The notes under the pieces were generated by a model that was not told the origin of the DNA, did no database searches, and was given only the letters and a program-made list of their open reading frames with translations. A stretch of DNA of 64,000 bases from Elsinoe ampelina (lineage: Eukaryota), in NCBI GenBank assembly GCA_010093995.1, contig ML992515.1:425533-489532 (forward strand), given 5' to 3'. Below are positions 38,300 to 52,039 of the stretch, in pieces; within the stretch, counting starts at the first letter, position 1; each line of letters opens with the position of its first letter. A program made the translations under genes and the position numbers.

Positions 38300-40720
38300 G
38301 CTAGATAGATTCTAACCGACCTAGCGACTTAGTTTGGAGTATAGTCTTACTTTATATAGTTTTAGGAGAATATAGCTCCTTCTCCCCTACTAGAAGAACA
38401 TAGCCTGTTTAGACTATAGCATATGCCGCCGAGGCGCTATTTATATTCCTACTGCTTTAATAGCTTAAAGAATATTATATAAGCTACTATATACCTAAGG
38501 CCGGCTATCTATCTAGATAAACACGATCTCTCGGAGCTCTCTAATACCTCTCCTAAGTTCTACTTTGTTACTAGTAACTTCCTATAGCTTGCCTAGCACG
38601 CTATAATATATTAGAGTAAAGAGAGTAAGTCTAAGAAGATAACAACTTACTTCTACTAACATAAGATTAACATTGGCATTAAAAAAGTAATATATTCTTA
38701 ATATTATTAATAATAGAAACGAAGTAATACTACTATAGATATAATAGACTAGGGCGTTTAATAATAAGTAAAACAAGTTAGTAGAATAGGATCTTGTCCC
38801 CTATTATAGTAGAAGCGATAGTACAAGTTTTAGTTCTATACTAAACTTAGAGTTAACTAAATTAAATAAGAATAGTATAGTGCTATAAAGGAGCGCGTAG
38901 GTGTTACTACTAATATAGTTATTAGGCTTTACTCTTATATACTAGCAAGGTTTACACGTAGCATACTTAGAAGTTAATAAAGAATTCCCGCTAACTATTA
39001 TTAGTTCTAGCTACTACCTTCTAATAAATAGTAGAGACGCTTTAGATTAGGTTACGCCTCCTAACTAAGTATAAACTTAAGTTAGTTTAGTTAGCCTAAA
39101 ACTAGAGACGAACTTATTTTATGTTAGGGCAGATAAGTCCTTTAAGAGAACGCTATAACGCCTAGCTGTCTTATACTTCTCCTTGTTAGGCAATTGCTAC
39201 TTAGTATTAGTATAGCTCTACTAACTATATACGTAGGTTTAGTATTAAGCTTAATATTCGATATAAGGTTAATTATACTAAGAGAAAGAGATTAGATGCC
39301 TACTACTTAACAAAGGCAGCTTTAATATAGTAGAGCTAGTCTCTATCTATAGGCGGTAAAGACGTATCTATTGCAAAGAATAAGAGAGAATAAACTAGAT
39401 ACGATTTAACTCGATATTACTATATAATATAATAAGAGGTAGCTCTCTATCTATGCGAAGGTAATATAAGAATAATTAAAGCCTATTATAGCCTTCTTTT
39501 CGTAAATATAATAGTCACTTCTCGTTTCTAGTTTAAAATCTTTATATTAGTCCCTATATAGATAGCTAGACTTCTATTTATTCCTCTTAACATGTATCTT
39601 AACCTAATTATAAAATATCTAGTAGCTACGCCTACTTTTATGTCTTATTAGGTTTAAGATATTCCTAACTAGAACTCTAAAGTTTTAATCGAGGATAGAT
39701 ATCTTAATTCTTTAGTAGCACTATATATATAAATTGCTTCGTATATAGAGGAGTATACCTTAACTACGATTATAGAGACGCTATATAGGAGAGAGTAGTA
39801 CGGAATAATATCTATATTTAACAAGCAAAAGGAACCTAGAGGTAATTATACTAGATGTTGTTGCGAGCTTACTTTATTTACTTTGCCGCCTCGCTAGTAT
39901 AGGAAGAGTAATAATATTAATCGACATTATAGTAGGGGCTATAGACACTTCTTAGACTTTATACTCCGAGCCGAAGCAGTAGACAAGTATATAGCTAGCG
40001 CTACGCTAGATTAGAAATATAGGGCCTTTATATTATTATCCCTAAGATTATAGAACAGAAAGCCTATAGTTAGAAGACTAAGAGGTAGTAAGGGATTATT
40101 CGTACGTATAACTCTATAGCGCTAGTAGTAGCTATAGTAGTTAGTTCGACTTAGTTAGTCTAGTTCGGTCGTTACTAATAAGAGAGCTATATCTATAATA
40201 ACTTAAGAGAATCCCGAATAGCTAAGCTATTAGGATCGATAAGAGTACTAAAGTCGTCGTTGTCGATTATAGAGAGAAGTCTATAGTAAGCCGCGTAGGT
40301 ATTATTAGAGTAGCTATGTTAAAGTAAACTTACTTCGAGAAAACTACGCTAGTTAGTTCGTAACTAGGAATAGTATATAGTTCTATAACAAGTAGAGTAC
40401 TAGTACTTCTGCCTTAATAGTGTAACTTCGCTTAACATAAAGTTAGTATATAGATCTAATTATTATAGTAGACTTCCGATAGTGCCTTAGAGAATATAAT
40501 ATTCGCTAGTATAGATATAATAATAGCATTTACGCTTAAGCTAACTATACTATCCTATCGGCCGAAGAAGTAAGTTAACTATAGCTACGATACACTAACG
40601 ATAATATAGAAGGTTATATAAGATAATATAGCGAAGCGGACGAACTAAAAGCATAGTTATTTAAACTAATAGAGGAGTAATAGCAAATTATTAGTTTATC
40701 CTTATTAAGATCGGTTAAGG
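38300..40720 (+). pseudogene. Divergent paralog of the SNF2-like gene with degenerate ATPase motifs
   Basis: Collinear patches shared with 45.3-48.1 kb (AAGCTAACTATA, TAATATAGAAGGTTAT, downstream TCACCTAAAAA..TTTAGTTTAGCG) and an intron-like stretch at an equivalent position. Confidence 0.5.
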
Positions 40721-41200
40721 GAACGCTTATAATTTTCACCTAAAAAGTACTAGTTTTAGTTTAGCGAACTAATCGACTACCTCTAATAGATTAACTATAG
40801 GCATAAACGACCTAATGTTATATAGCCGAGGCGTCTTTATATACTACTATTACTATTTTTTTATAGAGGCTATTTATAACTAACTTATTATAATACTAGC
40901 GACAAGTTAAGACATAAGATAGCAAAAGCTATAAATTGTTTACTAGCTAAAATTATTATGCCTACGCGGCACTCCCTGTTTTACAATTGCTATAAAAGCC
41001 TCTACTAAGGACAATAGCGCGACAATAGCTAATTAAGCACAGTATTTAACATTGTCCTTAAGTAAGGAATAGCCGATAAACCCTGTCGCTCGGATATATT
41101 AGAGTAAACTCTGTCTTAACGTGTCTAGTACTATAGCGTAGATACAATTTTAGCTTTAGTCCGCCGACGCTATATAATAGCTTAGTTCTATTAGCTCTAC

Positions 41201-41669
41201 TACGAATTACAGTAAATAAGAACTAAACTAAGTAATAAGGTAGAAATAATAGCCTATAGCTAGCGTAGAGTGTTCTTCCCTCTTCGCCTACTATATAGTA
41301 TAGTATAGTAGATAATCCTCTTAGTCTCTTTACTAACCTTAACTCTCGACCTCTAGCATATAGAACAGATAGTAATAGTAATAGTAGGCTTAATAGCGAC
41401 GTATACGAGAAAGAGGAGAGTATAGACGAGGTTATAATAGAAAGTATACACAAGAAAGAGTAAGTAATTATAGTAAGTATAACTAGTAGCACGTCTATAG
41501 GGTAGAGTACTAGGAGGTTATCCTTATCTAGTAGAGCTATATCCGATTATACTACATTCGAGATAGTAACTAGTATACTAGCTAGTAGCGAGGAGTTAGT
41601 AATAGATATAGTTTATTCTTAGTTTACGTTAACTAATCTTATCTAGATCTCCCTAAGTCTATAATATAT
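41201..41669. repeat. Direct repeat B, copy 1 (copy 2 at about 48,553-49,021); corresponds to the 5' part of the transposase gene
   Basis: About 470 bp near-identical apart from transitions. ORF-track entries 41223-41492 and 48587-48961 are homologous. Confidence 0.9.
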
Positions 41670-42040
41670 CCTTCGCCCTAAGCAATTAATAAGATATAGC
41701 TTAGCTAGAGACTCTTAGCTCGGCGCTCTAACGTTTAATAAAAGGCAAGCTACTAACTTAGATAGATAATTTTAATTTAAGTTAGGTCGTTATAGTAGAA
41801 GTGCCTTCTAGTAGAATATACTTGCCGTAGACTACTAGCCCCTATATAATGTTCTAACAAATCTACTTCTACCTACGTAAGAGTACTAAAGATATGTCTA
41901 AGTTATACACGCGAAGGCTATAGTAGTCTAACTAATAGCAAAATAGTATTTACTAGTAGGAAGCTTACTCGGCTTAAATTTAGTAGTGTAAATCGTTGCT
42001 TTACTCTATCTCTAGCATGTTATATATAGTAGTAGTAGAG

Positions 42041-42240
42041 GGCAGCCGGCAGGGGACGGCTAGTAGTTTATTACGTCGAACTAATAATTTCTTAGTTCTC
42101 TCTCTCGAAGTTTAAAGATAATCTAAAATTTCGACTTAACCGCGGCCGGTAGGAGATAGCTAGTAGTTTATCGCGTCGAACTAATAATTTCTTAGTTCTC
42201 TCTCTCGAAGTTTAAGGATAATTTAAAATTTTAACTTAAC
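42041..42240. repeat. Tandem repeat, 2 x 100 bp
   Basis: GCTAGTAGTTTAT..CGTCGAACTAATAATTTCTTAGTTCTCTCTCTCGAAGTTTAA recurs with a period of exactly 100. Confidence 0.92.
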
Positions 42241-45200
42241 TAGATTAAGCACTCCTCGGAACTTAATTATATAATGCTATCTAATTATATTCTTCTCTAA
42301 AGTTAGGTATTATATGTTTAGAGACTTATAATCTTTATAGTATTATAAACGTATTATAAACTCTGTTTATAGCGATATAACTACATCGTAGATACGATTT
42401 ACTATAACGCCTTAGTTTGCACCCTCTACTTATACTAACCTAAACGTAGGCGTCGGCGTCCCCGGTGTAATCTTTTCTCTCCTCTCTATCCGACCTCGAT
42501 AATAGCTAGCTATCTATTATAGTAGATCCCCTGCCTAGTATACTACAATTATCTATTGCTATATATATAATAGCAACTCTAACATTTACTCCCGTATCGC
42601 TATTACTACTACTTCTAATAGCATTCTCTACACTAGCTATGTCGTATTTATAGAATTAACTACTGCTAGTACCTAGTAGTTACGCCGGAGTAAATCTATT
42701 ATAGTATACCTCTCTATCTTGCCTACTACGCCGCTATAGGCTTAAGGGTATATAAGGAGACTTCGACACCTCTTTCTCTCTCCCTGCTACTACTACCCTC
42801 TATAGCTTCCTTTATACTAGCTATATATTATTAGTAGGACTAGCTACCGTCTCTACCTAGTAGCTACGACTAAGCGAATCTATTGTAGAGTATCTCTCGA
42901 TCTTATAGATAGCGCTACTAGAGGTTCTAGCGTATATAAAGAGGGTAGAGGAGCTAGTGTCTACTAGGAATTACCTGCCTTATAGTATAAGGATATTAAG
43001 GGGAGAATTGTAGAGAAATAACTAGTATAACAAAGAGGAAAAGATAGAGGAATATCGTAGGTAAAGATACATCTACTACCTCCTACTAGACAGTAGCTTA
43101 CTATAGAGAGCGTCGTAGGCGAAGCTATACTAGTAGCGTCCTCTCTTGCTATTGCCTTCCTAGTAGAGCTAGGCGAGGAATAAAGCGTATTTATAATTAT
43201 ATAGAATGTACTATTAACTGCCCGTTCTACGGAATATATAGTCTTTGCTCTGCTCTGCTACTTAATTCCGCATATAGCAATTATAAAGTCTAGATAATTA
43301 GATAGTAGTATATTACTTTCTTTGTTTCTTTACTAGCATCTATAAGCTATACTATACACTATACATACTATGCCCTTTATTCCGCTATAGGCTGCTAACT
43401 ACCTTCTATTTATGTTCTATTACTATTGTCCTTTATATATAAATACTAGTTTCGCTATTAAAATATTATTTAATTATTTTACGTTAACTGCTACTATATT
43501 CCCTCTATTTATTAGACTATTATCCCTTAAGATCTACCCTAAATACGACAATAGTATCCTTAGTATATACAGCATGTAAAATAAAAGGTAACTAAGTACA
43601 TAGACTATAGTCACTCTTAGTTTAGTGTCTAAACTAAGTAATCTACTATTATATATATGCTATATCTAGTATACTACTATATACTTAGTTTGGGGCCCGA
43701 CCTAAGTCGACTAAATTTAGGTTACTTCTCTCCTTAATTGCTTTAGTTTACCTTTATTTATACTCTCTTATATATAAATAAATAACTTATATAGCTCTCT
43801 AGTATTTCTTTAACCTCTTTAACTTCTCTTTTAAGCGCTCTTTACTTAAATATCTCCTCTTTAGTTAAGTCTTAGTTAGGTATATATCACGAAGTGTATA
43901 GACCTACTATGTTAATAAATCCTCTCTTTAATTCTTTTAAACTTATAAATATATAACACCTTTATAGGATCTCTTCTTTAACATCTACTATACCTACTTA
44001 ATCTATTTACTAGATATTATTCTAAGCTTTATTTATAGCATATACTAAGCTTATAGACGTATATAATATATCTAAGAATTAGCCTAATAGCGCTAGTATA
44101 GCTACTAATAATATTCCGCTCTACAAAAGACCTCCTATAGAAATTTAAGTATAGCTCGATAAAAACCTTAAGATTAAGAGATTCTTCCTTAAATTCTTTA
44201 ACTAGGATAACAACTAGTACGCCGCTATACACGTAAGAGCGTAGGAAGAATATAAGAATACCTATACAGTTCTAGGACTTAAATATAAGGAACCTTAGGA
44301 CAGCAATATTAATATAACTACAATTATAAATAATATTAAAACTTCCCTACGATACTCTTAGAATAACTATATAAAGATCTTCTTTTAAAAACTACACTAT
44401 TAAGACTAAGACTAGTTTAAGAGGAATGTTAGAAACTATAATAATATATCTAGTTATAATATTATTAAAGATTTTGTCCTTACTATTAAGGCGTAAGAGC
44501 TTAGAAATAAGAAGAATTAGACTAAAGTAGATAAGAAGGCTTATTCTAAGAAGTATATTAGAAAGTGCCCCTCCGCTACCTAGTCTAATAGTAGACTCTC
44601 CAAAAGATTAGAGACTTCTATACTTAGTAGCGGACTTATAGGCATAGATATTAATCACTACACTAGTTAGCCTATACGTTAGTAGCAAATACTAGAGGAC
44701 ATGTCTCGTCTAGTCTAGAGCATTATTAATAAAACTATTATTGACTTTATAATTGTTAAGTAATTAGACATTAGCCTAGGCGTAATTATAAAGAGAGGAT
44801 ATTTATATTGTCTATAGGCGTTTAGTCTAAGAATTTTAAGGTTATATCCGAGGAATTATAATTTAAACATATATAGCCTTAACAATATTAGGCTATTCCT
44901 AAAGGAGAAGAAGTTAGTTAGTAATAATATTATCCTTATATAGATAAATTATATAGAGCTATATAACATCCTATCTATCTTAGATAACTACGACCTACGT
45001 GCTACTATAATTAACTATATTAACTCCCTAGTCGAAGGTAGTAATATAATCTTTATCTATCTTACGCCTAGTATAGATCTAGTTAAGAAGCTCCCTAAAG
45101 AAGTACTTTATAAGTTTAATACTTAGTTAGACTTAGGTATATACTAATATACTTAGTTAACTCTCTTTAGTATTATAATAGTTAGAAGCTATTAACTCTA

Positions 45201-45299
45201 GTCTAGGAGGAAGAGGAAGAGGAACCTCTAGCCCCTTTATCTCCGGCTAAGCACCTACTACTACGTAAACCTACCCCTAAGAAGTAACCTAGCTCTCTA

Positions 45300-48060
45300 C
45301 TACCTAACAAGAATAATACTACTATCGACTATTGTCCTACTTAGGTGATAGAAGACAAATACTATAAGTAATACCGAGACAGTAATTAGTATTCCTTTAT
45401 AATTATACCTAGCAAGGAGCAAGTAAGGTACTATATTCTATTAGTCCCTAAGACGCTATCTATACCTATCTTAGCGCTTGTAACTTGTATATTTAATAAG
45501 ACTCTTAGTAGCTCGAACTTCGTTAAACTTTATACTATAAACAACAACGACAATAAGCAAACTAGTAATAATCTAGCTAACTAAAGCTTTATCCCTATAG
45601 GTACTAGAATCGATTACTAGTCCGAAGAGTTCTAGGAGAGAGTCTGTAACTTTATAGGCTTTAAGAAAGATATCTACTTACCGAACACTAGTATATAGTG
45701 TTTTAGTTAGAATAAGAAGTATCTAGTCGAGGTAGCATAGATGTACTTAGCGCTTATTACACTTAAGAAATACCTCGAAGGCTATCTAGTATTTATATTT
45801 ACACATGAGATAGAATTTAGAAAGACTCTAATAGGACTCTTCTTTCTCTTACTAATTTAGAACTTAAATAAAAAGGTTATCTAGGATACTAACTATACTA
45901 CTATACCTAAGGATAAGTAGAGTAAGTACCGGAAGGTAAAGACACTAGTCGACAAGCTATAGCTAGATATCACTTCTACGGATACTATTAGCTATAATCT
46001 AATTGTTAGCGGATTAAACGTAATAAAACAGTAGGCGTAGGAGACACGGAAGTTTATACCTAATATAAAGGTCGTCCTATGCTAGAGAAGAATATTCTAA
46101 GCTATGTAAGAATATAAGTATAGTAATATATATAATATAGACACTTTAATTTGCAAAGAGGATCTACCTATAGGCTACTACTAATAGGAGTCTTAGCTAA
46201 TAAATAAGTCTAGTAAGCCTATTAACACTATTATAGTCTTATAACTAGTCGATATACGTAAGCGACACCCCTAGACCTTATAGATAAATAATTAGTTCTT
46301 CTTTACTACTTGCGACACTATAATCTACTACTTCCTTAGTAAGAACAACATAAACGCTAAGGATTAGAACTTTGTTCCTAAGAGACAAGAGAGAAAGCTA
46401 GGGTCTACGCCTATAAACTAGGCCGCTATTATCTTTAATAAGTTCTATTAGGTTACTAGCTAGAAGACATAGACCTAGTATTATCTAGGAATGCTACTAG
46501 GGAGGCCTTTTATACTAGGTATAAGCGGGACGCTATTTATTAAGTGCTTAAACGTAGTAGCGTTCTTAATAGCGGCTATATATAAGGACTTTAGATTAGA
46601 AAAGCTTAATGTAAATAGAAGTAGAATAGAAGAATTTAATAAGAACTATATCTATAAATCTAAGTAGGAGCTAACTAAGGCTAAGGACAACAAACATTAA
46701 GTAACACTAAAGACAATACTAGATAAGACTTAATAAGCTATTGCTAATAAGCTTAACTTCTAAATAGTATCGGACTATGCCTTTGTAATTAACAAATAGT
46801 ATAAGGCAAACAACAACTCTAGTAAGTTTAATAAAAAGGGAAGTATATAGTTTATAGAAGAGATTATAGTAATAGTCGGTAAATAGAGTACTATTCTTAC
46901 GAATATTCTTATTAAGATAAATATAGACTACATCTAGAAACCTTTCGATACTACTTCTAGTCTACTAGCTATTAGAGTCCTACTATATTCTATCTTCGAC
47001 CTAGAGATCGCTATCGAGGATAAGTATCTTTATAGTCTTATAAATATATAGAAGAAGATTGAACAGGATATAGATAAGAGTATATAAGAGGTAATTAATA
47101 GGTAAAAGAACAAATCTAATAAGCCTAAAGTAATATTAGAGACAATCCTTAATAAGAAGACTAAGAAGTAAATACTAAGCCTAGTTACGCTGCTACTACT
47201 TTTCTCTATGTTTCTCGCTCTTATAGATATATTCTAGAATAATCCCGTAGTTATAGAAGAGTTTGGCGACTTTACTATTAAGTTTATCTACGAAATTATA
47301 TATAACTCCTCGGAGACAGCGCTATAGTAGTATATAGACAAGATCTACGCTAGTCCTTAGATAAAGGTCCTTTATAGTGTTATTTCTAAGATTATTAAGT
47401 AAAACGTCTCCTATTCGAAGGAGCTAAAGAGGTAAGTAATTGTCTATACGTTTATACTGTTAGTACTAGCGGTCGCTACGATAGTTAGTTTAGTCTATTT
47501 AGTCTATTTAGGTTATTGCTAATAAGGGCATAGTATCTAAAATAGCTCGAGAAGCACCTAGACGGCAAAGTAATTAGAATTAATAAGGATACTAATATAG
47601 TTATTGTCTACTATAGAATAACATCTATACTTGCCTATATAGATATTATTAACATAGCTATGTCTAATAATACATTTATTAAACCTAATAGGCCGGAAGG
47701 CTTAAGGATCTTAATTGCCTAGGGTAGAGCTATTAAGACTAGTCTTAATCTAAACCGCTTTAATACTATAATCTTGCTCGATATAGCGTTAGTGTTACGA
47801 TCTGTCCTTTAGTGTCTAGCTTAGGTCCGTAGGAATATTAAGTCTTAGAAAGCTAACTATATAGAGGCGTTTATAATAAAGCTAATAGCTTCGTTCTATA
47901 GGCCTCTAGAATAGCTTAATAGTAGACAGGGTAGGCTATTAATAATATAGAAGGTTATCTACAAGGAAATAGAGAAGTAGAGAGTAAAGATCTAGAAACT
48001 TTAATAAGCTATAGCGAAGAAGAACATAATTGTTATAGATAATAATTAAGATTGCTAGAT
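45300..48060 (+). pseudogene. SNF2-like superfamily-2 helicase/ATPase relic
   Basis: RIP-corrected motif I HEMGFGKT (45,804-45,827), motif II IIFDEFH (about 46,428-46,448), motif III GMSGTP (about 46,518-46,535) and motif V TGLNL..VILLD (about 47.74 kb). Ends are approximate. Confidence 0.78.
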
Positions 48061-48599
48061 AATAGTCTAACTATATCACCTAAAAATGTAATTCTTTAGT
48101 TTAGCGGACTAATTTAGTTCCCTATGTATATTAAACTATCTTTTAGGTCACCTAATATAATATAGCATCTAAACATTTCCTACTTCCTACTATTGCTAAA
48201 ATTTAGCTAGCTAACTCTAACTACAAATTTAGATCTTAAGCGATAAATATAGATATACTAAGGCAAATTAGTAAATGCTTAGCCTATAAGAAGATTATAT
48301 AATCTAGTAGAGGCCTTATCTAACATCTGCCGTATTACTAGAGGAGAGAGCTACTAATAAGTAATATAGTATAAGTCTTACTAGAGTAACGTAGCGATAG
48401 ACATCTACGTAGAGACAATACTAGTAACAATCCTCGCTTGTTTAATAAGGGAGAGCGCTTACTGTCTAATAAAGGCCGATAAGGTAGTATTACTAGTAAT
48501 ATATAATATAGTCTACTAACGCTAAATAACTCGCTAGTCTACTTTACTCCGCTACGAATAACAGTAACTAAGAATTAAACTAAACACTAGAGTAGAAAC

Positions 48600-51500
48600 G
48601 AAAGTCTATAGCTAGTAGAGAGTATCCTTTCTCCTTTATCTACTATATAGCATAGTATAGTAGACAATCCTCTTAGTCTCTTTACTAACCTTAACCCTCG
48701 ACCTCTAGTACGTAGAATAGATAGTAATAGTAATAGTAGGCTTAATAGCGACGTACACGAGGAAGAGGAGAGCATAGACGAGATTATAATAGAAGGCACG
48801 CACGAGAAAGAGTAAGTAATTACAGTAAGTATAACTAGCGGCATATCTATAGAGTAGAGTACTAGGAGGTTGTCCTTATCTAGTAGGGCTATATCCGATC
48901 GTACTACGTTCGAGATAGCTACTAGTATACTAGCTAGTAGCAAAGAGTTAGTTATAGACATAGTTTATCCTTAGTTTGCGTTAACTAATCTTGTCTAGAT
49001 CTCCCTAAGTCTATAATATATACACTAACACCGACGATGAACTAAATCACAATTAGTTAGGTAAGACTTAACTAAAGAAAGCCTTTATTAGCGGCATAGA
49101 CGTAGGTCTTACCTAGTAGCTTATAAAGGAGAAACTTAGTAGAGCCGTAATTACGTAATTACTTAAAGACCTACGTATATAACCTCTAGTAGAGAGCCTT
49201 AGTTAGCGAACTACGAATAAACTAACAGAGAAGATAGAGAATTTAGATACAGGCGGGGGTATTAACGGCTAGTAGACCTTAAGCTTTATACTAAACACTA
49301 ATCGTAGGCCTAAAAGACACACGTTCTAGTATCTAGATATTCTTATAGCGATACGCTTCTTGCTTAGCTATTGTAGTTTCGTAGTAGACATAGACTATAG
49401 CTTATATAGAGTCTTTACGGAAGCTGTCGAGAGTAAGCTACTACGACAAGTATATACTAAAATAGCAAGCAGCGACTAGTAGTAGGACATATAAAAGCGA
49501 CTTAGGATACTAGGGGCTACTATTATCCTATTAATCGTCGCGAGTAATTAGACCTAGGTAATAAACTATTAAGGAGATCTTATAGCATACACTATCTATC
49601 TATTATTAGGTAACCTAAAGGCGGAAGCATATAATAGCAACTACTAGCCGGGGTAGTTACTAATCGGCTTACTTTCTATTATTAAAGATAGTAGCAATAT
49701 TATTAAGGAGAAGACCTACTACGCTTGTATAAAGAAAATCTTTAACGCCGTTGTTAATTGCTACTTAAGAGAGGGCAAAACAATCTTCTATATAGATAGA
49801 AAGAGGTAGAGGTGCTTCCCTATACTTGCTGCTATACCTACGGATTACGCCGAATAGGTTACTATAACCGGTATAAAGTTACTATATTATTGTATAAGTT
49901 GCCTAATCGGTAAGGACGAAAGAGAGGATCTAGTAGTTACTATGCTATTCCGAACTTACTACTCTATATAGCAATAATAGCGCTTATAGAGAGAAGTATA
50001 CGAGAGTTAGTAGCGGAGCAAGAAGATAGATATAAGCTCTTAGGTTTATATAGTTAGTTACTTTGTGTAGGATCTTCCGTATACTAATATTTACTACGTA
50101 ATAGTACTAGATATTCTATACTAACTTCTTAAAGGCGTTTTAATATACGTCTTACGCTAGACTTAAAAATTGCTCTAGGATTTAATACCTATATAGAGAT
50201 TACTACGGTATATAAAGGCTAAAGAGACTATATAGCGAATAGGCCACTAGCGCTCGGTAAAGAAGATTATACTTAATATTATTAACAAGCGTTTCGATAG
50301 TATACTAGTGTTTTCTAGCATTCGATACTTCTTGCACTACTTAGCTATTAAGTAATAGACAGGTTAAGAGTAGAAGAGTATTATGCGCTAGATGCTCCTA
50401 GTATTTATGCTACTACTCGAGGAGGTTAAGGCGCCTTAAGCTATTAAGTTTATACGCGCACTAGTTAACTTTATATTACTAGTAAACTATAAGACCTATA
50501 ACAACGACATACTCCGGTATATTAACCTTACGCTCTTTAGAATAAACAAGTACAAAGAAACCTTCTAGGCCTATTATAGCAATAGGAAAGAAGAAGGCAA
50601 CTTTAACTTTCTAAAATAGCACTTAATAACACATTTTTCGAAGGCTATTTATAATTTTAGAGTAGTTACTAGCCTCGATTCTAATTATTTAGAGTATAAT
50701 TATGTATACTTTATTAAGGACGCCTTTAAACTTACAAATAAGAAGGCTAGATAGGAAGACTAGGTTACTACTTATAACACTAAACTAGTAAACATGTTAG
50801 TAGCATTCGATAACCCCTCGAAGTTAGTTAGGCTATCGGCTACTAAACTAATTAAGATCTAGAGTACGCTAGTTAGCATAAGCGATACAGTGAATGTCAC
50901 TTCTTAGTTTAGCTAGCCTAGCGCTAAGGAGAGAGCTATATAGCGTATAGTAAGAGAACTAAAGGCGCTTATTAATATGCTACCTAGGCTATTACTATAG
51001 TAAGTAATAGCGGTGTTTGTCCGCGAGGCTTGTTAAGGTATAGCCGATATAGGCTCTAACTCGAGAACTAAATACTCTAATTAGTTTAATACTAAACTAG
51101 ATCTCGATAGACTCGAACTAGATTCTTCCTAGGTAAGCAACCTCTGTATTAAGTTCTACTATTCTTTAAAGTGTAGAAAACTATCCGACTATAATCCTAA
51201 TAATCCTAATACGGACGAATAAGACTTTATCTAGTGTATAACTAAATAGTAGAGGATATATAGCAATAAGAGGCAAGACTAGCTCTAGGTATAAGAATAG
51301 ACAACGAACGACAAAGGCACTAACGGAGTATTACCTAATAGCCTATAAGGTAAGTTACTAGCTCGTATTATATTTATAATAACTATAGAGGATAGCTTCT
51401 AGTCTAGTAGATCGGGCCGGCGTTAACGCCTATACTATATAGGAGCGCTAGTAGATCTATATTAGCCTACTTAGCCGGATAGAGTAGCTAATCGAGAGTA

Positions 51501-51792
51501 TAGCATAACACTAATTAAGCCTTAGATAAATCGACGTACGCGAGCTAGACGGAACACTCTTACTAGTAGACGTGTCTACTCTACCTCGTAAATCTACTAT
51601 AGTATCTACGTCGTACTAGTAGATAAAACAAGGCTATATAGCCGGATATACATTAATAACATAGCCGACTTTAACATATATAATATACTATAGAATAAGT
51701 TATAGGAGTCTAAATAGCTCTACCTAGCTAAGGCTTCGAAACAAGAGAGGTTAAGATCCCTAGGCGTAGTTAGTAAGCGTAGTAGGCATTAA
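48600..51792 (+). pseudogene. Plavaka-family transposase relic
   Basis: RIP-corrected translation gives QVYTEMASGDWWWDMQ (TAG TAG TAG at 49,477-49,485), PGATIIPLIVASDQTQ, IGNL, RCFPILAAIPTDYAEQ and DILHQLLKGVL, which are hallmark Plavaka motifs. Start position is approximate. Confidence 0.85.
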
Positions 51793-52039
51793 CGAAGCTA
51801 GAGTACTCCTTTCGTAGCTAGAATAATCGTCTCTTACGTTAATAGCCTAACGCTTAGGTATACTTAGGTCAACTACTAGACTATGTTAGGTAGGCGAGTT
51901 ATAATAACTTCCGTAGGTATTACTCTAACTAGTTAGTTTATACCTGTGTGTTATTAGGTTAGTCCCTAAACTATATAGAGTTCGCGGCCTAAGGTGCCTT
52001 ATATAGTTTTTACGCTAAAGAGTTAGTCTATTCCTTTAC

